Below, piece by piece: positions 7,704 through 17,530 of a stretch of 62,189 nt of DNA. Within the stretch, counting starts at the first letter, position 1. Each line of letters begins with the position of its first letter. A program made the translations under genes and the position numbers. The notes beneath the pieces are model-generated. The model did not search any database. It worked only from the letters and a program-made list of their open reading frames with translations, and had not been told where the DNA came from. Origin of the DNA: a virus (Duplodnaviria > Caudoviricetes); IMG/VR virus record IMGVR_UViG_3300042547_000074, positions 1 through 62,189 of that record; one strand, 5' to 3'.

Positions 7704-9226
7704 TGGCGTCCAACATCAGCCTAGCTGATCTACCAAAGATTCTTCCCTTGCTCCCGGTGCACGAGCAGGAGCGGCTGCTAGCCGAGCTGGAGAAGCTGTC
7801 CGAGCTGAAGAGCCGCAAGCTGTGTCAAAACAACTTCCTCGCCTTTGTAAGAGAAGTATGGCCGACCTTTATTGCTGGCCGGCACCATGCCAAGATGGCA
7901 AATGCGTTCGAGCGCGTGGCTAGGGGCGAGTGCAAGCGCCTCATCATTAATATGCCACCCCGGCACACCAAGTCCGAGTTTGCCAGCTACCTGCTACCCG
8001 CATGGTTCCTAGGTAAGTACCCCCATAAGAAGGTCATCCAGTGCTCCCACACAGCTGAGCTGGCGGTAGGCTTTGGCCGTAAGGTGCGTAACCTTGTGGA
8101 TACTGAGGCGTACCACGACATTTTTCCTGACCTGCAACTGTCGGCGGACAGCAAGGCGGCTGGTCGCTGGAACACCAGCAAGATGGGTGACTACTTCGCC
8201 ATCGGTGTGAACGGTGCTGTGACCGGTAAGGGTGCAGACTTGCTCATCGTGGATGACCCGCACTCGGAGCAGGAAGCCGCTCTCGCGGAAGTGAACCCAG
8301 ATATCTACGACAAGACTTACGAGTGGTATACTTCTGGTCCTCGTCAGCGTCTGCAACCGGGCGGCTCCATCATTATCGTCATGACCCGGTGGTCAAAGCG
8401 CGACCTGACCGGGCAGATACTCAAAGATGCGTCGGCTAACGAGAGCATTGGCGAGTGGGAAGTCATTGAGTTTCCTGCCATTTTGCCCAGCAGCAAGCCG
8501 CTGTGGCCTGAGTTCTGGGAGCTGGACGAGCTTCTCAAGGTTAAGCGCGACGTCCCTAACTCCAAGTGGATGGCGCAGTACCAGCAGAACCCGGTGTCGG
8601 AGTCTGCGGCTATTATTAAGCGTGAGTGGTGGAAGACGTGGGAGTCTGACACACCGCCCCAGTGCGACTTCATCCTGCAAAGCTGGGATACGGCCTTCGA
8701 GAAGACGCAGCGAGCGGACTATTCCGCCCAGACCACGTGGGGTGTGTTTTACCACTCAGACGACAATGGCATATCTCAGGCCAATATTGTCCTCCTTAAC
8801 GCGTCGCGCGACCGTGTGGAGTTCCCCACGCTCAAGCAGTGGGCCATCGACGAGTATAAAGAGTGGGACCCGGACAGCGTCATCATTGAAAAGAAGGCGT
8901 CAGGGGCACCGCTCATCTACGAGATGCGCGCCATGGGGATACCCGTGCAGGAGTTCACCCCGACAAGGGGCAACGACAAGATCAGCCGTCTGAACGCGGT
9001 TGCGGACATATTTGCCTCTGGGCGTGTCTGGGCCCCGGCGACCCGCTGGGCCGAGGAGGTTATTGACGAGGTGGCTGAGTTTCCTGCCGGCAGCCACGAT
9101 GACTTTGTTGATACCGTATCCATGGCGATGCACAGGTTCCGGCGCGGAGGCTATATATCTACTACGCTAGACGCAGAAGACGAACCGCTGTACTTTAGAA
9201 GTCGCAAGCAACAAGGGTACTACTGA
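7703..9226 (+). CDS. terL: Terminase large subunit
   Basis: INMPPRHTKS Walker A, LLIVDD Walker B, MTRW coupling motif, nuclease WDTA...DYS...IIEKKASG...HDDFVD. Confidence 0.95.
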   Translation: MASNISLADLPKILPLLPVHEQERLLAELEKLSELKSRKLCQNNFLAFVREVWPTFIAGRHHAKMANAFERVARGECKRLIINMPPRHTKSEFASYLLPAWFLGKYPHKKVIQCSHTAELAVGFGRKVRNLVDTEAYHDIFPDLQLSADSKAAGRWNTSKMGDYFAIGVNGAVTGKGADLLIVDDPHSEQEAALAEVNPDIYDKTYEWYTSGPRQRLQPGGSIIIVMTRWSKRDLTGQILKDASANESIGEWEVIEFPAILPSSKPLWPEFWELDELLKVKRDVPNSKWMAQYQQNPVSESAAIIKREWWKTWESDTPPQCDFILQSWDTAFEKTQRADYSAQTTWGVFYHSDDNGISQANIVLLNASRDRVEFPTLKQWAIDEYKEWDPDSVIIEKKASGAPLIYEMRAMGIPVQEFTPTRGNDKISRLNAVADIFASGRVWAPATRWAEEVIDEVAEFPAGSHDDFVDTVSMAMHRFRRGGYISTTLDAEDEPLYFRSRKQQGYY

Positions 9227-11748
9227 TGGCTATCGACAAGGCGCTTAACCCCGCCCCTACCGGTTTGACTGCTATGAAACCGACGTTGGACCTCGACAAG
9301 CAATATGCCGAGCCGACGCCGCCGGATGAAGGTGCCTTGGAGATTGAGATTGAAGACCCGGAGCGGGTTACCATCGGTACCGGCGACATGGAAATCATCA
9401 TCGACCCCGATGATGAGGACGAGGAAGATTCGGAGTTTGTAAGTAACCTTGCCGAGGACATGGACGACGGGCAGCTGACCGAGCTGGCGGGTGACCTGCT
9501 AGGTGAGTTTGACGAGGATATCAGCAGCCGTAAGGACTGGATACAGACTTACGTAGATGGGCTTGAGCTGCTGGGGATGAAGGTCGAGGACCGCACCGAG
9601 CCGTGGCCCGGTGCCTGCGGTGTGTACCACCCGCTCCTGTCAGAGGCTCTGGTCAAGTTCCAAGCCGAGACCATGATGGAGACGTTCCCGGCGCAGGGGC
9701 CGGTGCGGACTAAGGTCATTGGTAACGAGACGCCTGAGAGGCGCGATGCTGCCCAGCGTGTGCAGCAGGACATGAACCACCAGCTTACCGACATCATGGT
9801 GGAGTATCGGCCCGAGCACGAGCGGATGCTGTGGGGTCTGGGCCTGTCAGGTAATGCGTTCAAGAAGGTGTACTTCGACCCGAGCCTTGGCCGCCAGACG
9901 GCTATGTATATCCCTGCCGAGGACGTGGTGGTGCCCTATGGGGCGTCTAACATCGAGACGGCGGAGCGCGTTACCCATGTGATGCGCAAGACGCCTAACG
10001 AGCTGAAGAAGCTGCAAGCGTCGGGCTTTTACCGCGAGGCGGACCTGCCAGAGCCCAGCGACGTGCTGGACGAGGTGGAGAAGGCTATCGCAGAGAAGAT
10101 GGGCTTCCGCGCGTCCAGTGACGACCGCTACAAGCTGCTCGAAATGCACGTCGACCTTGTTATTGAGGACGACAAGTTTGCCAAGGATGAGGCCAAGGCC
10201 GGCATTGCCGTGCCTTATGTAGTGACCATCGACAAAGCCTCGTCGACCATTCTGGCTATCCGGCGCAACTGGGACCCGGAGGACGACCTCAAGCAGAAGC
10301 GCAACCACTTCGTACACTACGGCTACGTGCCGGGGTTCGGCTTCTATGCCTTCGGCCTCATCCACCTCATCGGTGCGTTTGCCAAGTCAGGCACGAGCAT
10401 CATTCGCCAGCTGGTTGACGCGGGTACGCTGAGCAACCTGCCCGGTGGCTTCAAGACCAAGGGCCTGCGGGTCAAGGGGGACGATACCCCCATCGCTCCG
10501 GCTGAGTGGCGCGACGTGGACGTCGCCAGTGGTACGATGCGCGACAACATCATGCCGCTGCCGTATAAGGAGCCAAGCCAAGTCCTGTTCGCGCTGCTCC
10601 AGAATATCGTGGATGAAGGCCGGCGGTTCGCCGCTACGGCAGACCTCAAGATCAGCGACATGTCGGGTCAGGCCCCGGTTGGGACCACACTGGCTATCCT
10701 TGAGCGCAGCCTCAAGATGATGTCGGCGGTGCAGGCGCGCATCCACTACGCGATGAAGCAGGAGTTTCGCCTGCTTAAGACCATCATCGCTGACTATACC
10801 CCCAGCAAGTACCCCTACCAGCCCGAGGAAGGCAGTCGCTTCGCTAAGAAGAGCGACTATGACGCGGTGGACGTCATCCCCGTGTCGGACCCCAACGCTG
10901 CCACTATGGCGCAGAAGATCGTCCAGTATCAGGCGGTTATTCAGCTCGCGCAGACGGCTCCGGGTATCTACGACATGCCATATCTGCACCGGCAGATGCT
11001 GGAGGTGCTGGGCATCAAGAACGCCCAGAAGCTGGTGCCGCTACAAGATAGCGACGAGATGAAGCCGCGCGACCCGGTCAGCGAGAATATGGACATCCTG
11101 AATGGCAAGCCCGTGAAGGCGTTTATGTATCAGGACCACGAGGCACACCTCGTCGTTCACATGTCCGCTATGCAGGACCCGAAAATCCAGCAGATGGTGG
11201 GGCAGAGCCCCAACGCGCAGGTCATCATGGCAGCCGCAAACGCTCACATCCAAGAACACTTGGCTTATGAGTACCGCAAGCAGGTGGAAGAGCAGGCTGG
11301 CGTCCCGCTGCCGCCGCCTAACGCCGAGATGGATGAGCGCACCGAGGTCGAGGTCTCCCGTCTGGCTGCTGCTGCCGCTCAGCAGCTGCTCCGCAAGAAT
11401 CAGGCGGAGGCTGCACAGCAGCAGGCCCAGCAGATGGCTCAGGACCCAGTCATGCAGCTTCAACAAGCCGAGCTGCAACTCAAGGCCGAGGAGCTCAAGC
11501 AGAAGGCGCAGAAGCTCCAGATCGACGCCGCAGACAAGGCGGACAGGCTGGACATCGAGCGCGAGCGCATCGCCGCACAGAAGGAGATCGCAGGTCTCAA
11601 CGTCGGTGCCAAGATAGCCACGGACAAAGCGCGGCTGGCATCGGACGAGCAGCTCGAAGGGCTGCGCGTTGGGGTACAAGTTGCTCGTGAGAGCATGATG
11701 GGTGGACAAGCGTCGGCGCAAACCCCGGCGCAGGGGGAAAGTGAATGA
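9226..11748 (+). CDS. Portal protein with C-terminal coiled-coil barrel
   Basis: 840 aa directly after TerL; AFKKVYFD and FGFYAFGLIHLIG segments; Gln/Ala-rich C-terminal helix as in P22-type portals. Confidence 0.85.
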   Translation: MAIDKALNPAPTGLTAMKPTLDLDKQYAEPTPPDEGALEIEIEDPERVTIGTGDMEIIIDPDDEDEEDSEFVSNLAEDMDDGQLTELAGDLLGEFDEDISSRKDWIQTYVDGLELLGMKVEDRTEPWPGACGVYHPLLSEALVKFQAETMMETFPAQGPVRTKVIGNETPERRDAAQRVQQDMNHQLTDIMVEYRPEHERMLWGLGLSGNAFKKVYFDPSLGRQTAMYIPAEDVVVPYGASNIETAERVTHVMRKTPNELKKLQASGFYREADLPEPSDVLDEVEKAIAEKMGFRASSDDRYKLLEMHVDLVIEDDKFAKDEAKAGIAVPYVVTIDKASSTILAIRRNWDPEDDLKQKRNHFVHYGYVPGFGFYAFGLIHLIGAFAKSGTSIIRQLVDAGTLSNLPGGFKTKGLRVKGDDTPIAPAEWRDVDVASGTMRDNIMPLPYKEPSQVLFALLQNIVDEGRRFAATADLKISDMSGQAPVGTTLAILERSLKMMSAVQARIHYAMKQEFRLLKTIIADYTPSKYPYQPEEGSRFAKKSDYDAVDVIPVSDPNAATMAQKIVQYQAVIQLAQTAPGIYDMPYLHRQMLEVLGIKNAQKLVPLQDSDEMKPRDPVSENMDILNGKPVKAFMYQDHEAHLVVHMSAMQDPKIQQMVGQSPNAQVIMAAANAHIQEHLAYEYRKQVEEQAGVPLPPPNAEMDERTEVEVSRLAAAAAQQLLRKNQAEAAQQQAQQMAQDPVMQLQQAELQLKAEELKQKAQKLQIDAADKADRLDIERERIAAQKEIAGLNVGAKIATDKARLASDEQLEGLRVGVQVARESMMGGQASAQTPAQGESE

Positions 11749-11939
11749 ACAACGACATCCTCCGCTATCTGGCGGACAAGAACAACGAGGAAATCAAAGT
11801 CCTCGCAGACGATTTGGCGCGTGGGCACGCCAAAGACCACGGAGAGTACAAGTACGCTTGTGGCATTATCCGTGGGTTAATGATGGCCAACAGTTTTCTG
11901 GCCGAGACTGCCCAACGACTGGAGAATGACGATGACTGA
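11745..11939 (+). CDS. Small conserved head-module protein
   Basis: 64 aa, EYKYACGIIRGL motif, overlapping portal stop and GroES start. Confidence 0.7.
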   Translation: MNNDILRYLADKNNEEIKVLADDLARGHAKDHGEYKYACGIIRGLMMANSFLAETAQRLENDDD

Positions 11940-12360
11940 TACAGAGGACAAAACTCTGTTTGACGAACTACCTACCCTTCGTAAGATGACCAATGTTGAG
12001 GCGACCAACCAGCCCGCCGAAGACAAACCCAAGCAGCTGCCCGAGCCGTCAGGCTATCGCATCCTGTGTGCGGTTCCGGATATCGAAGAGAAGTACAGCA
12101 GCGGGCTTTTTAAGGCCGACATCACTAAGCAGTACGAGGAGCTAACGACTCCGGTGCTTTTTGTGCTGAAGCTGGGCCCTGACGCCTACAAAGATGAGCG
12201 CAAATTCCCCAACGGTCCATGGTGCAAGCCGGGCGATTTCGTCCTGACGCGCCCGATGGCCGGTAGCCGTGTGAAAATCCACGGTAGGGAGTTCCGCATC
12301 TTGAACGATGACAGCATTGAAGCTGTTGTGGAAGACCCGCGAGGCATCTCGCGCGCCTAA
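11926..12360 (+). CDS. groES: GroES-like co-chaperonin
   Basis: PSGYRIL...SSGL...LGPDAY...KPGDFVL....GSRVKIHGREFRILNDDSIEAVV matches the Cpn10 pattern. Confidence 0.85.
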   Translation: MTMTDTEDKTLFDELPTLRKMTNVEATNQPAEDKPKQLPEPSGYRILCAVPDIEEKYSSGLFKADITKQYEELTTPVLFVLKLGPDAYKDERKFPNGPWCKPGDFVLTRPMAGSRVKIHGREFRILNDDSIEAVVEDPRGISRA

Positions 12361-12392
12361 CGGAGGCGTTTTTCCGTACAAAGGAGGCCGAA

Positions 12393-13322
12393 ATGGCAAG
12401 TAAACCTGCTGAAGACGACGATTTTTCGTTCGAAATTGAGGACGAGGTCGACGGAAAATCCGAAATTGAGGTTGTTGACGACACTCCGGAGGCTGACCGG
12501 GGCCGAGAGCCTATGCCCAAGGACATCGTCGAGGAGTTGGAGAGCGATGAGCTTGAAGACTACTCCGATAAGGTCAAAACGCGCCTCAAGCAGATGAAAA
12601 AGGTCTGGCACGACGAGCGCCGCGAGAAAGAACGCGTGCTCCGCGAGCAGCAGGAGGCCCTTAGCGCCGCTCAACGACTGTTGGAAGAGAACCGTCGACT
12701 GCGGAAAACCTTGTCGGAAGGCGAGCAGTCACTCGTTGGTAGCTATAAGCAGACCGCCGAGTATGAAATCGACGCAGCCCGTCGGGCTTACCGCGATGCG
12801 TACGAGTCTGGGGACGCTGACAAGGTCGTTGACGCTCAAGAAAAGCTCTCGCGGGCTACTTTGCGGCTTCAGCAGGTAGAAAATTACAGACCCACTTTAC
12901 AGGACTCGGGTACTGAGGTAGACATAGTACCGCAGCAGGCACAACAGCCCCGGCTCGACCAGAGAACGATTACGTGGCAAGAGCGTAATACGTGGTATGG
13001 AACCGATCCGGAGATGACTGCGTCGGCTCTCGGGCTTCACCAGAAGCTCGTTAATGAACGTGGCCCGCAGTACGTGGGTACCGACGAATATTGGACGGCG
13101 GTTGACAAAACAATCCGTCGTAGGTTCCCCGATTACTTCGGGGAGGAAGAGGCTCCAAGAACCTCTCAACGCGAAACCAAGAGTTCGCAGGTCGTAGCTC
13201 CCGCTTCACGCAGCCGGTCCCCCAAGAAGATTGTGCTGAAACAGTCCCAGTTGTCTATCGCTAAACGTCTGGGTCTTACTCCCGAGCAATATGCTCGTGA
13301 ACTTTTGAAGACGGAGAACTAA
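12393..13322 (+). CDS. Capsid scaffolding protein (probable)
   Basis: Acidic N-terminus, long coiled coil, C-terminal IAKRLGLTPEQYA helix; lies between portal and capsid. Confidence 0.7.
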   Translation: MASKPAEDDDFSFEIEDEVDGKSEIEVVDDTPEADRGREPMPKDIVEELESDELEDYSDKVKTRLKQMKKVWHDERREKERVLREQQEALSAAQRLLEENRRLRKTLSEGEQSLVGSYKQTAEYEIDAARRAYRDAYESGDADKVVDAQEKLSRATLRLQQVENYRPTLQDSGTEVDIVPQQAQQPRLDQRTITWQERNTWYGTDPEMTASALGLHQKLVNERGPQYVGTDEYWTAVDKTIRRRFPDYFGEEEAPRTSQRETKSSQVVAPASRSRSPKKIVLKQSQLSIAKRLGLTPEQYARELLKTEN

Positions 13323-13323
13323 T

Positions 13324-13809
13324 ATGACTCGTGGTACTCGTACGTTTGACGACGTCGTTGGTGAGCTGGAGGAAGTGCGTGCACCCCGCCAGACGCGTGA
13401 AGAGGAAAAGCGCTTTCAGACTTGGGCACCGGCTTCGACGTTGCCTGAACCTGATAAGCAGCCGGGATATGACTATCGCTGGATTCGTGTTTCCACGATG
13501 AACGAGAAGGACCCCCGGAACATCTCGGCTAAGTTGCGCGAAGGTTGGGAACCTGTTCGTATTGAAGAGCAGCCCCAGTTTCGCCTGATGATTGACCCAG
13601 ATAGCCGCTTCAAAGACAACATCGAAGTCGCAGGGTTGCTGCTTTGCAAGGCCCCGAAGGAACTGATGAGGCAGCGCAAAAATTATTTTGCGCAGAAAAA
13701 TCAGGCCCAGATGGACTCAGTGGACAACAACTTTATGCGAGAGAACGATGCTCGTATGCCGCTCTTCCGTGAGAAGAGGTCATCGACATCATTTGGTAAA
13801 GGCAAATAA
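13324..13809 (+). CDS. Conserved head-module protein
   Basis: 161 aa with W.P...LP.P, GYDYRWIR, REGWEPV and GLLLCK motifs. Confidence 0.7.
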   Translation: MTRGTRTFDDVVGELEEVRAPRQTREEEKRFQTWAPASTLPEPDKQPGYDYRWIRVSTMNEKDPRNISAKLREGWEPVRIEEQPQFRLMIDPDSRFKDNIEVAGLLLCKAPKELMRQRKNYFAQKNQAQMDSVDNNFMRENDARMPLFREKRSSTSFGKGK

Positions 13810-13820
13810 AGGAGCTAGAG

Positions 13821-14438
13821 ATGGCATATCCGTCTGTTACCAGCCCCTACGGGCTGATCCCGATCAATCTGATCGGCGGGCAGGTTTTTGCCGGTTCGAC
13901 TCGCTTGCTGCCCATCGCCACTAACTCTTCGACGGCCATCTTCTATGGTGACGTCGTGAAGTTGCTGGCTGGTGGTACGGTTGGCAAGGACACCGGTACT
14001 GACGCTGCTACGCCGGTTGGTGTTTTCCTCGGTTGCACCTACACCGATCCGGTGTTTGGTAAGACCTTCCGTCAGTACTACCCCGGCACCACGAACATCT
14101 CCGACATTCAGGCATACGTCCTTGATGATCCGGACGCTCTGTTCAAGGTTGCCGTGTGCGCCGGCACCAACTCGAACACCGTCAGCTTCCTGACTCAGGC
14201 TGCTGTCGGCTCGAACGTGAAGCTGGCTAACGGTGCTAACAACGTGGGTTCAACCATCACGGGCAACTCCAAGGTCGGCGTTGACTCGACCGAAGGTACG
14301 AGCTCGGCATGGCCGATCCGCGTGATTGATGTTGTCCCCGAAACCGCTCTGGCGGGTAACCCCGGTTCTTACACCGAAGTTATCGTCAAGTGGAATCAGG
14401 GTATGCATCAGTACCTGAACCCCACTGGCCTCGCATAA
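13821..14438 (+). CDS. Capsid decoration/cement-like protein
   Basis: 205 aa beta-rich Gly/Thr protein directly before the major capsid gene; IFYGDVV, GVFLGCTYTDP, DDPD..F. Confidence 0.6.
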   Translation: MAYPSVTSPYGLIPINLIGGQVFAGSTRLLPIATNSSTAIFYGDVVKLLAGGTVGKDTGTDAATPVGVFLGCTYTDPVFGKTFRQYYPGTTNISDIQAYVLDDPDALFKVAVCAGTNSNTVSFLTQAAVGSNVKLANGANNVGSTITGNSKVGVDSTEGTSSAWPIRVIDVVPETALAGNPGSYTEVIVKWNQGMHQYLNPTGLA

Positions 14439-14450
14439 GGAGACTGAACA

Positions 14451-15362
14451 ATGGCTATTTCACGCGCACAGCTCCTCAAGGAGCTCCTGCCCGGCCTGAA
14501 CGCCCTGTTCGGTCTGGAATACGCCCGCTATGGCGAAGAGCATAAGCAAATCTTCGAGACTGAAAGCTCTGAGCGTTCGTTCGAAGAAGAAACCAAGCTG
14601 TCGGGCTTCTCGGCTGCTCCGGTTAAGAACGAAGGTTCTGCCATTGCTTATGACAACGCTCAGGAAGTCTTCACGGCTCGCTACAACCATGAGACGATTG
14701 CCCTCGGGTTCTCGCTCACGGAAGAAGCCATCGAAGACAACCTGTATGACAGCCTCTCGGCTCGTTATACCAAAGCGTTGGCCCGTGCCATGGCGTACAC
14801 CAAGCAGACCAAGGCTGCTGCGGTCTTGAACAACGGTTTTGACTCGGACTACCCCGGTGGTGACGGTCAGCCGCTGTTTTCGAGCGCTCACCCGCTGGTC
14901 TCCGGTGGTACCAACTCGAACATCCCCAGCACGCCAGCTGACCTGAACGAAACGTCGCTTGAAGCGGCTGTCATTCAGATCGCTGCGTGGACGGATGAAC
15001 GTGGCCTGCTCATCGCGGCTAAGCCGCGTAAGCTGGTGGTTCCGCCGAGCCTGATGTTCGTTGCGACCCGACTGCTGGAGACTGAACTCCGCGTGTCGAC
15101 CGCCGACAACGACATCAACGCCATCAAGAGCAACGGCTCGATCCCGGAGGGTTACACTGTTAACCACTTCCTGACCGACACCGATGCTTGGTTCCTGACG
15201 ACCGATGTTCCGAATGGTCTGAAGCACTTCGTCCGTACCCCGCTCGCTCAGAGCATGGACGGCGACTTCGACACCGGCAACGTCCGTTACAAGAGCCGTG
15301 AGCGTTACTCGTTCGGCTGGTCTGACCCGCTGGGCATGTATGGTTCGGTAGGCGCTGCCTAA
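14451..15362 (+). CDS. Major capsid protein (Mu gpT-like family)
   Basis: 303 aa MAISRAQLLKELLPGLNALFGLEY...DFDTGNVRYKSRERYSFGWSDP; strongly biased codons; followed by a terminator. Confidence 0.9.
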   Translation: MAISRAQLLKELLPGLNALFGLEYARYGEEHKQIFETESSERSFEEETKLSGFSAAPVKNEGSAIAYDNAQEVFTARYNHETIALGFSLTEEAIEDNLYDSLSARYTKALARAMAYTKQTKAAAVLNNGFDSDYPGGDGQPLFSSAHPLVSGGTNSNIPSTPADLNETSLEAAVIQIAAWTDERGLLIAAKPRKLVVPPSLMFVATRLLETELRVSTADNDINAIKSNGSIPEGYTVNHFLTDTDAWFLTTDVPNGLKHFVRTPLAQSMDGDFDTGNVRYKSRERYSFGWSDPLGMYGSVGAA

Positions 15363-15391
15363 GCTAAGTCCTAGGGAAGTTTAGGACTTTG

Positions 15392-15426
15392 AGACCCCCC
15401 GGCGAGAGTCGGGGGGTCTTTTCTTT
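15392..15426 (+). terminator. Intrinsic terminator after the capsid gene
   Basis: AGACCCCCCGGC/GTCGGGGGGTCT stem plus TTTCTTT; preceded by an AAGTCCTA/TAGGACTT hairpin (15366-15389). Confidence 0.85.
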
Positions 15427-15454
15427 GTGCTAATAGCGTGATACAAGTACGTCA

Positions 15455-15522
15455 CTAGGTATTTAACCCGTGTCGACTGTCCTAGCAGACGTAGTAGCGA
15501 CGACATGGGTATGTGCTACTAC
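15455..15522 (+). ncRNA. Structured double-pseudoknot RNA, probably the Mu-gpT-DE motif
   Basis: Interleaved helices: 15455-59/15481-85, 15466-75/15501-10, 15491-98/15515-22. Location downstream of a Mu-gpT-like capsid gene fits my recollection of this motif; not verified with a covariance model. Confidence 0.6.
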
Positions 15523-15535
15523 ACGGAGATAAATC

Positions 15536-15952
15536 ATGGCGAATACGACATTTTCGGGTCCAGTAATCTCGCAGAACGGTTTCGTTGGCGATTTCACCGG
15601 CAACATCACTGGCAACGTCACTGGCAACGTCACTGGCAACCTCACTGGCATCGTCTTTGGCACCGTTACGACCCGCTCGGGCGCTGGTGCTGTCCCGGTC
15701 ACCGCAGCTTCGGTTCAGATTTCGACGGGCGCTGGCGCTGCCGCGCTGACGCTTGCCAACGGCACTGCTGGTCAGATTCTGAATCTAGTCATGACCGTTG
15801 ATGGCGGCGGCGATGCGACTCTGACCCCGACCACCAAGACCGGTTTCTCGACCATTGTGTTCGGTGACGTGGGTGACTCGGTTATCCTCCAGTACTTCAC
15901 CACGCTGGGCTGGATGGTTCTGTCGAACAACGGCGCAACTGTTAACGCTTAA
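15536..15952 (+). CDS. Virion structural protein (head fibre-like)
   Basis: MANTTFSGPV N-terminus, G-N-[IVL]-T repeats (12-bp tandem repeat ~15596-15649), beta-rich. Confidence 0.65.
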   Translation: MANTTFSGPVISQNGFVGDFTGNITGNVTGNVTGNLTGIVFGTVTTRSGAGAVPVTAASVQISTGAGAAALTLANGTAGQILNLVMTVDGGGDATLTPTTKTGFSTIVFGDVGDSVILQYFTTLGWMVLSNNGATVNA

Positions 15953-15980
15953 TCGGTAACCTCTAAGAAGGAGAAATCCG

Positions 15981-16457
15981 ATGGGTATGCAATATGATGT
16001 CAAATCCAAACACCTAACTAGCTCAGGTGTTGCGTACGGTTCCCGCACCCGTCTGAAGGGGGCTATTGTTTCCGCAAACGCGACTGCGGCAGCAAGGCAC
16101 GTCCTTTTTATGGACAACGACCCGCAAGCGGGTACGTACAGCATTACCTCAACCACACTAACAGTTACGGTAGCAAATACCTTGGCTGCGGGTGATCGAG
16201 TAGTTTTGAATTTTACTAGTGGTACCGCTGTGGACGGCGCGTATACGGTACTTACTGCTAATGCCACCACCTTTACGGTTACTACGGCGGCGTCTGGTAC
16301 AGGTAACGTAACGGCCTACCTAACTGTATTGTTGGAAGCCGACAGCTATAACGCTGTTGCTTACTCTATACTTGTTCCCGGCGAAGGCATTCTAGCTGAA
16401 AATGGGATTTATGTAGGGTTGGATGCTAACCTAACTGCCACTGTTTTCTACGGGTGA
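15981..16457 (+). CDS. Virion structural protein
   Basis: 158 aa beta-rich, ends ...PGEGILAENGIYV...TVFYG; AAGGAG RBS. Confidence 0.65.
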   Translation: MGMQYDVKSKHLTSSGVAYGSRTRLKGAIVSANATAAARHVLFMDNDPQAGTYSITSTTLTVTVANTLAAGDRVVLNFTSGTAVDGAYTVLTANATTFTVTTAASGTGNVTAYLTVLLEADSYNAVAYSILVPGEGILAENGIYVGLDANLTATVFYG

Positions 16458-16460
16458 CCT

Positions 16461-17195
16461 ATGCAGGCACAGCGCAGTTATGATCTAGCCGGGAAGAGCA
16501 TCTTCATTGCTCTGCCGGCCTACGACTTCAAGGTGTCCTTGAAGTTGGCCATCTCCCTTGCGCGCTTCGCGCAGGCGGCCCCGCAACACGGCATCGAGAT
16601 TCAGATTGGCTCCATCTGCGGCTGCTCAGTGGTCTCTCGGGCGCGCAACCTGCTGTCGCAGGACATGCTGGAGTCCAACTGCGACTACCTGATGTTTATC
16701 GACTCGGATATCAACTTCGAGCCTGACGACATCTTCCGCCTGATGGCGTGGGGTTCCGACCCCAAAAAAGGCATCGTCGCTGGTGTCCCGCGCACCCGCA
16801 GCGAGACCAAGACCTACATTGCCAACCTTGAGTACGACGAAAACGGTGACCTGACCATGAACGGTATGGGTCTGGTTCGTGCTGAGCGTGTCGCCACGGC
16901 GTTTATGCTGGTGCGCCGTGAGGTGTTTGTCGAGATGACCAAGGCCCACCCTGAGTGGACCTACTACGACAAGAAGACGGACCGCATGATCCCGTGCTTG
17001 TTTGACTTCCAGCTGACCGAAGAAGGTTACATGGGAGAGGATTACCTCTTCTGCGACCGCACCCGCGAGCTGGGCTTCGAGGTGTGGGTCGACCCTAGCA
17101 TCGCGCTGGGTCACATGGGTGTGCAGGAGTATGTTGGCGATTACGGGCGCGACGTACTCTACCCGATGGTTGTTCCGAATAGGAGTGTAGCATGA
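16461..17195 (+). CDS. GT-A fold glycosyltransferase-like protein (late copy)
   Basis: IALPAY, SVVSRARN, LMFIDSD (DxD), TAFMLVRREVF, GEDYLFC, LGH.G. Confidence 0.8.
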   Translation: MQAQRSYDLAGKSIFIALPAYDFKVSLKLAISLARFAQAAPQHGIEIQIGSICGCSVVSRARNLLSQDMLESNCDYLMFIDSDINFEPDDIFRLMAWGSDPKKGIVAGVPRTRSETKTYIANLEYDENGDLTMNGMGLVRAERVATAFMLVRREVFVEMTKAHPEWTYYDKKTDRMIPCLFDFQLTEEGYMGEDYLFCDRTRELGFEVWVDPSIALGHMGVQEYVGDYGRDVLYPMVVPNRSVA

Positions 17196-17530
17196 TGAAC
17201 CGCCGTAAGTTTGCCAGTATGGGTCGCCAGATAGCGGCACAGCAACGGGCGCAGCCGCAGATGCCAATGAGCGGAGGGATTGGCGCAGCACTTGGCCGCA
17301 TCGGACAGCGACCGGGTATGGCTCCGGTTGATCGGGGCTTTATTGATCGCATGCCAAGGATGAATGTTCCCGAGGGGCCGCCCCCGGCAGGGATGGCTCC
17401 GGTTGACCCAAGTAAGGCGATGATGATGAAGAAAGGCGGCGCGGTCAAGAAGATGGCCAAGGGCGGTACCGCTTCCAAGCGCGCCGACGGTTGTGCCACC
17501 AAGGGTAAGACGAAGGGACGGTTTGTATGA
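17192..17530 (+). CDS. Small basic low-complexity protein with xxKGG and C-terminal RADGCATKG motifs
   Basis: 112 aa, Met/Pro/Lys-rich; MKKGG, MAKGG. Confidence 0.75.
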   Translation: MMNRRKFASMGRQIAAQQRAQPQMPMSGGIGAALGRIGQRPGMAPVDRGFIDRMPRMNVPEGPPPAGMAPVDPSKAMMMKKGGAVKKMAKGGTASKRADGCATKGKTKGRFV

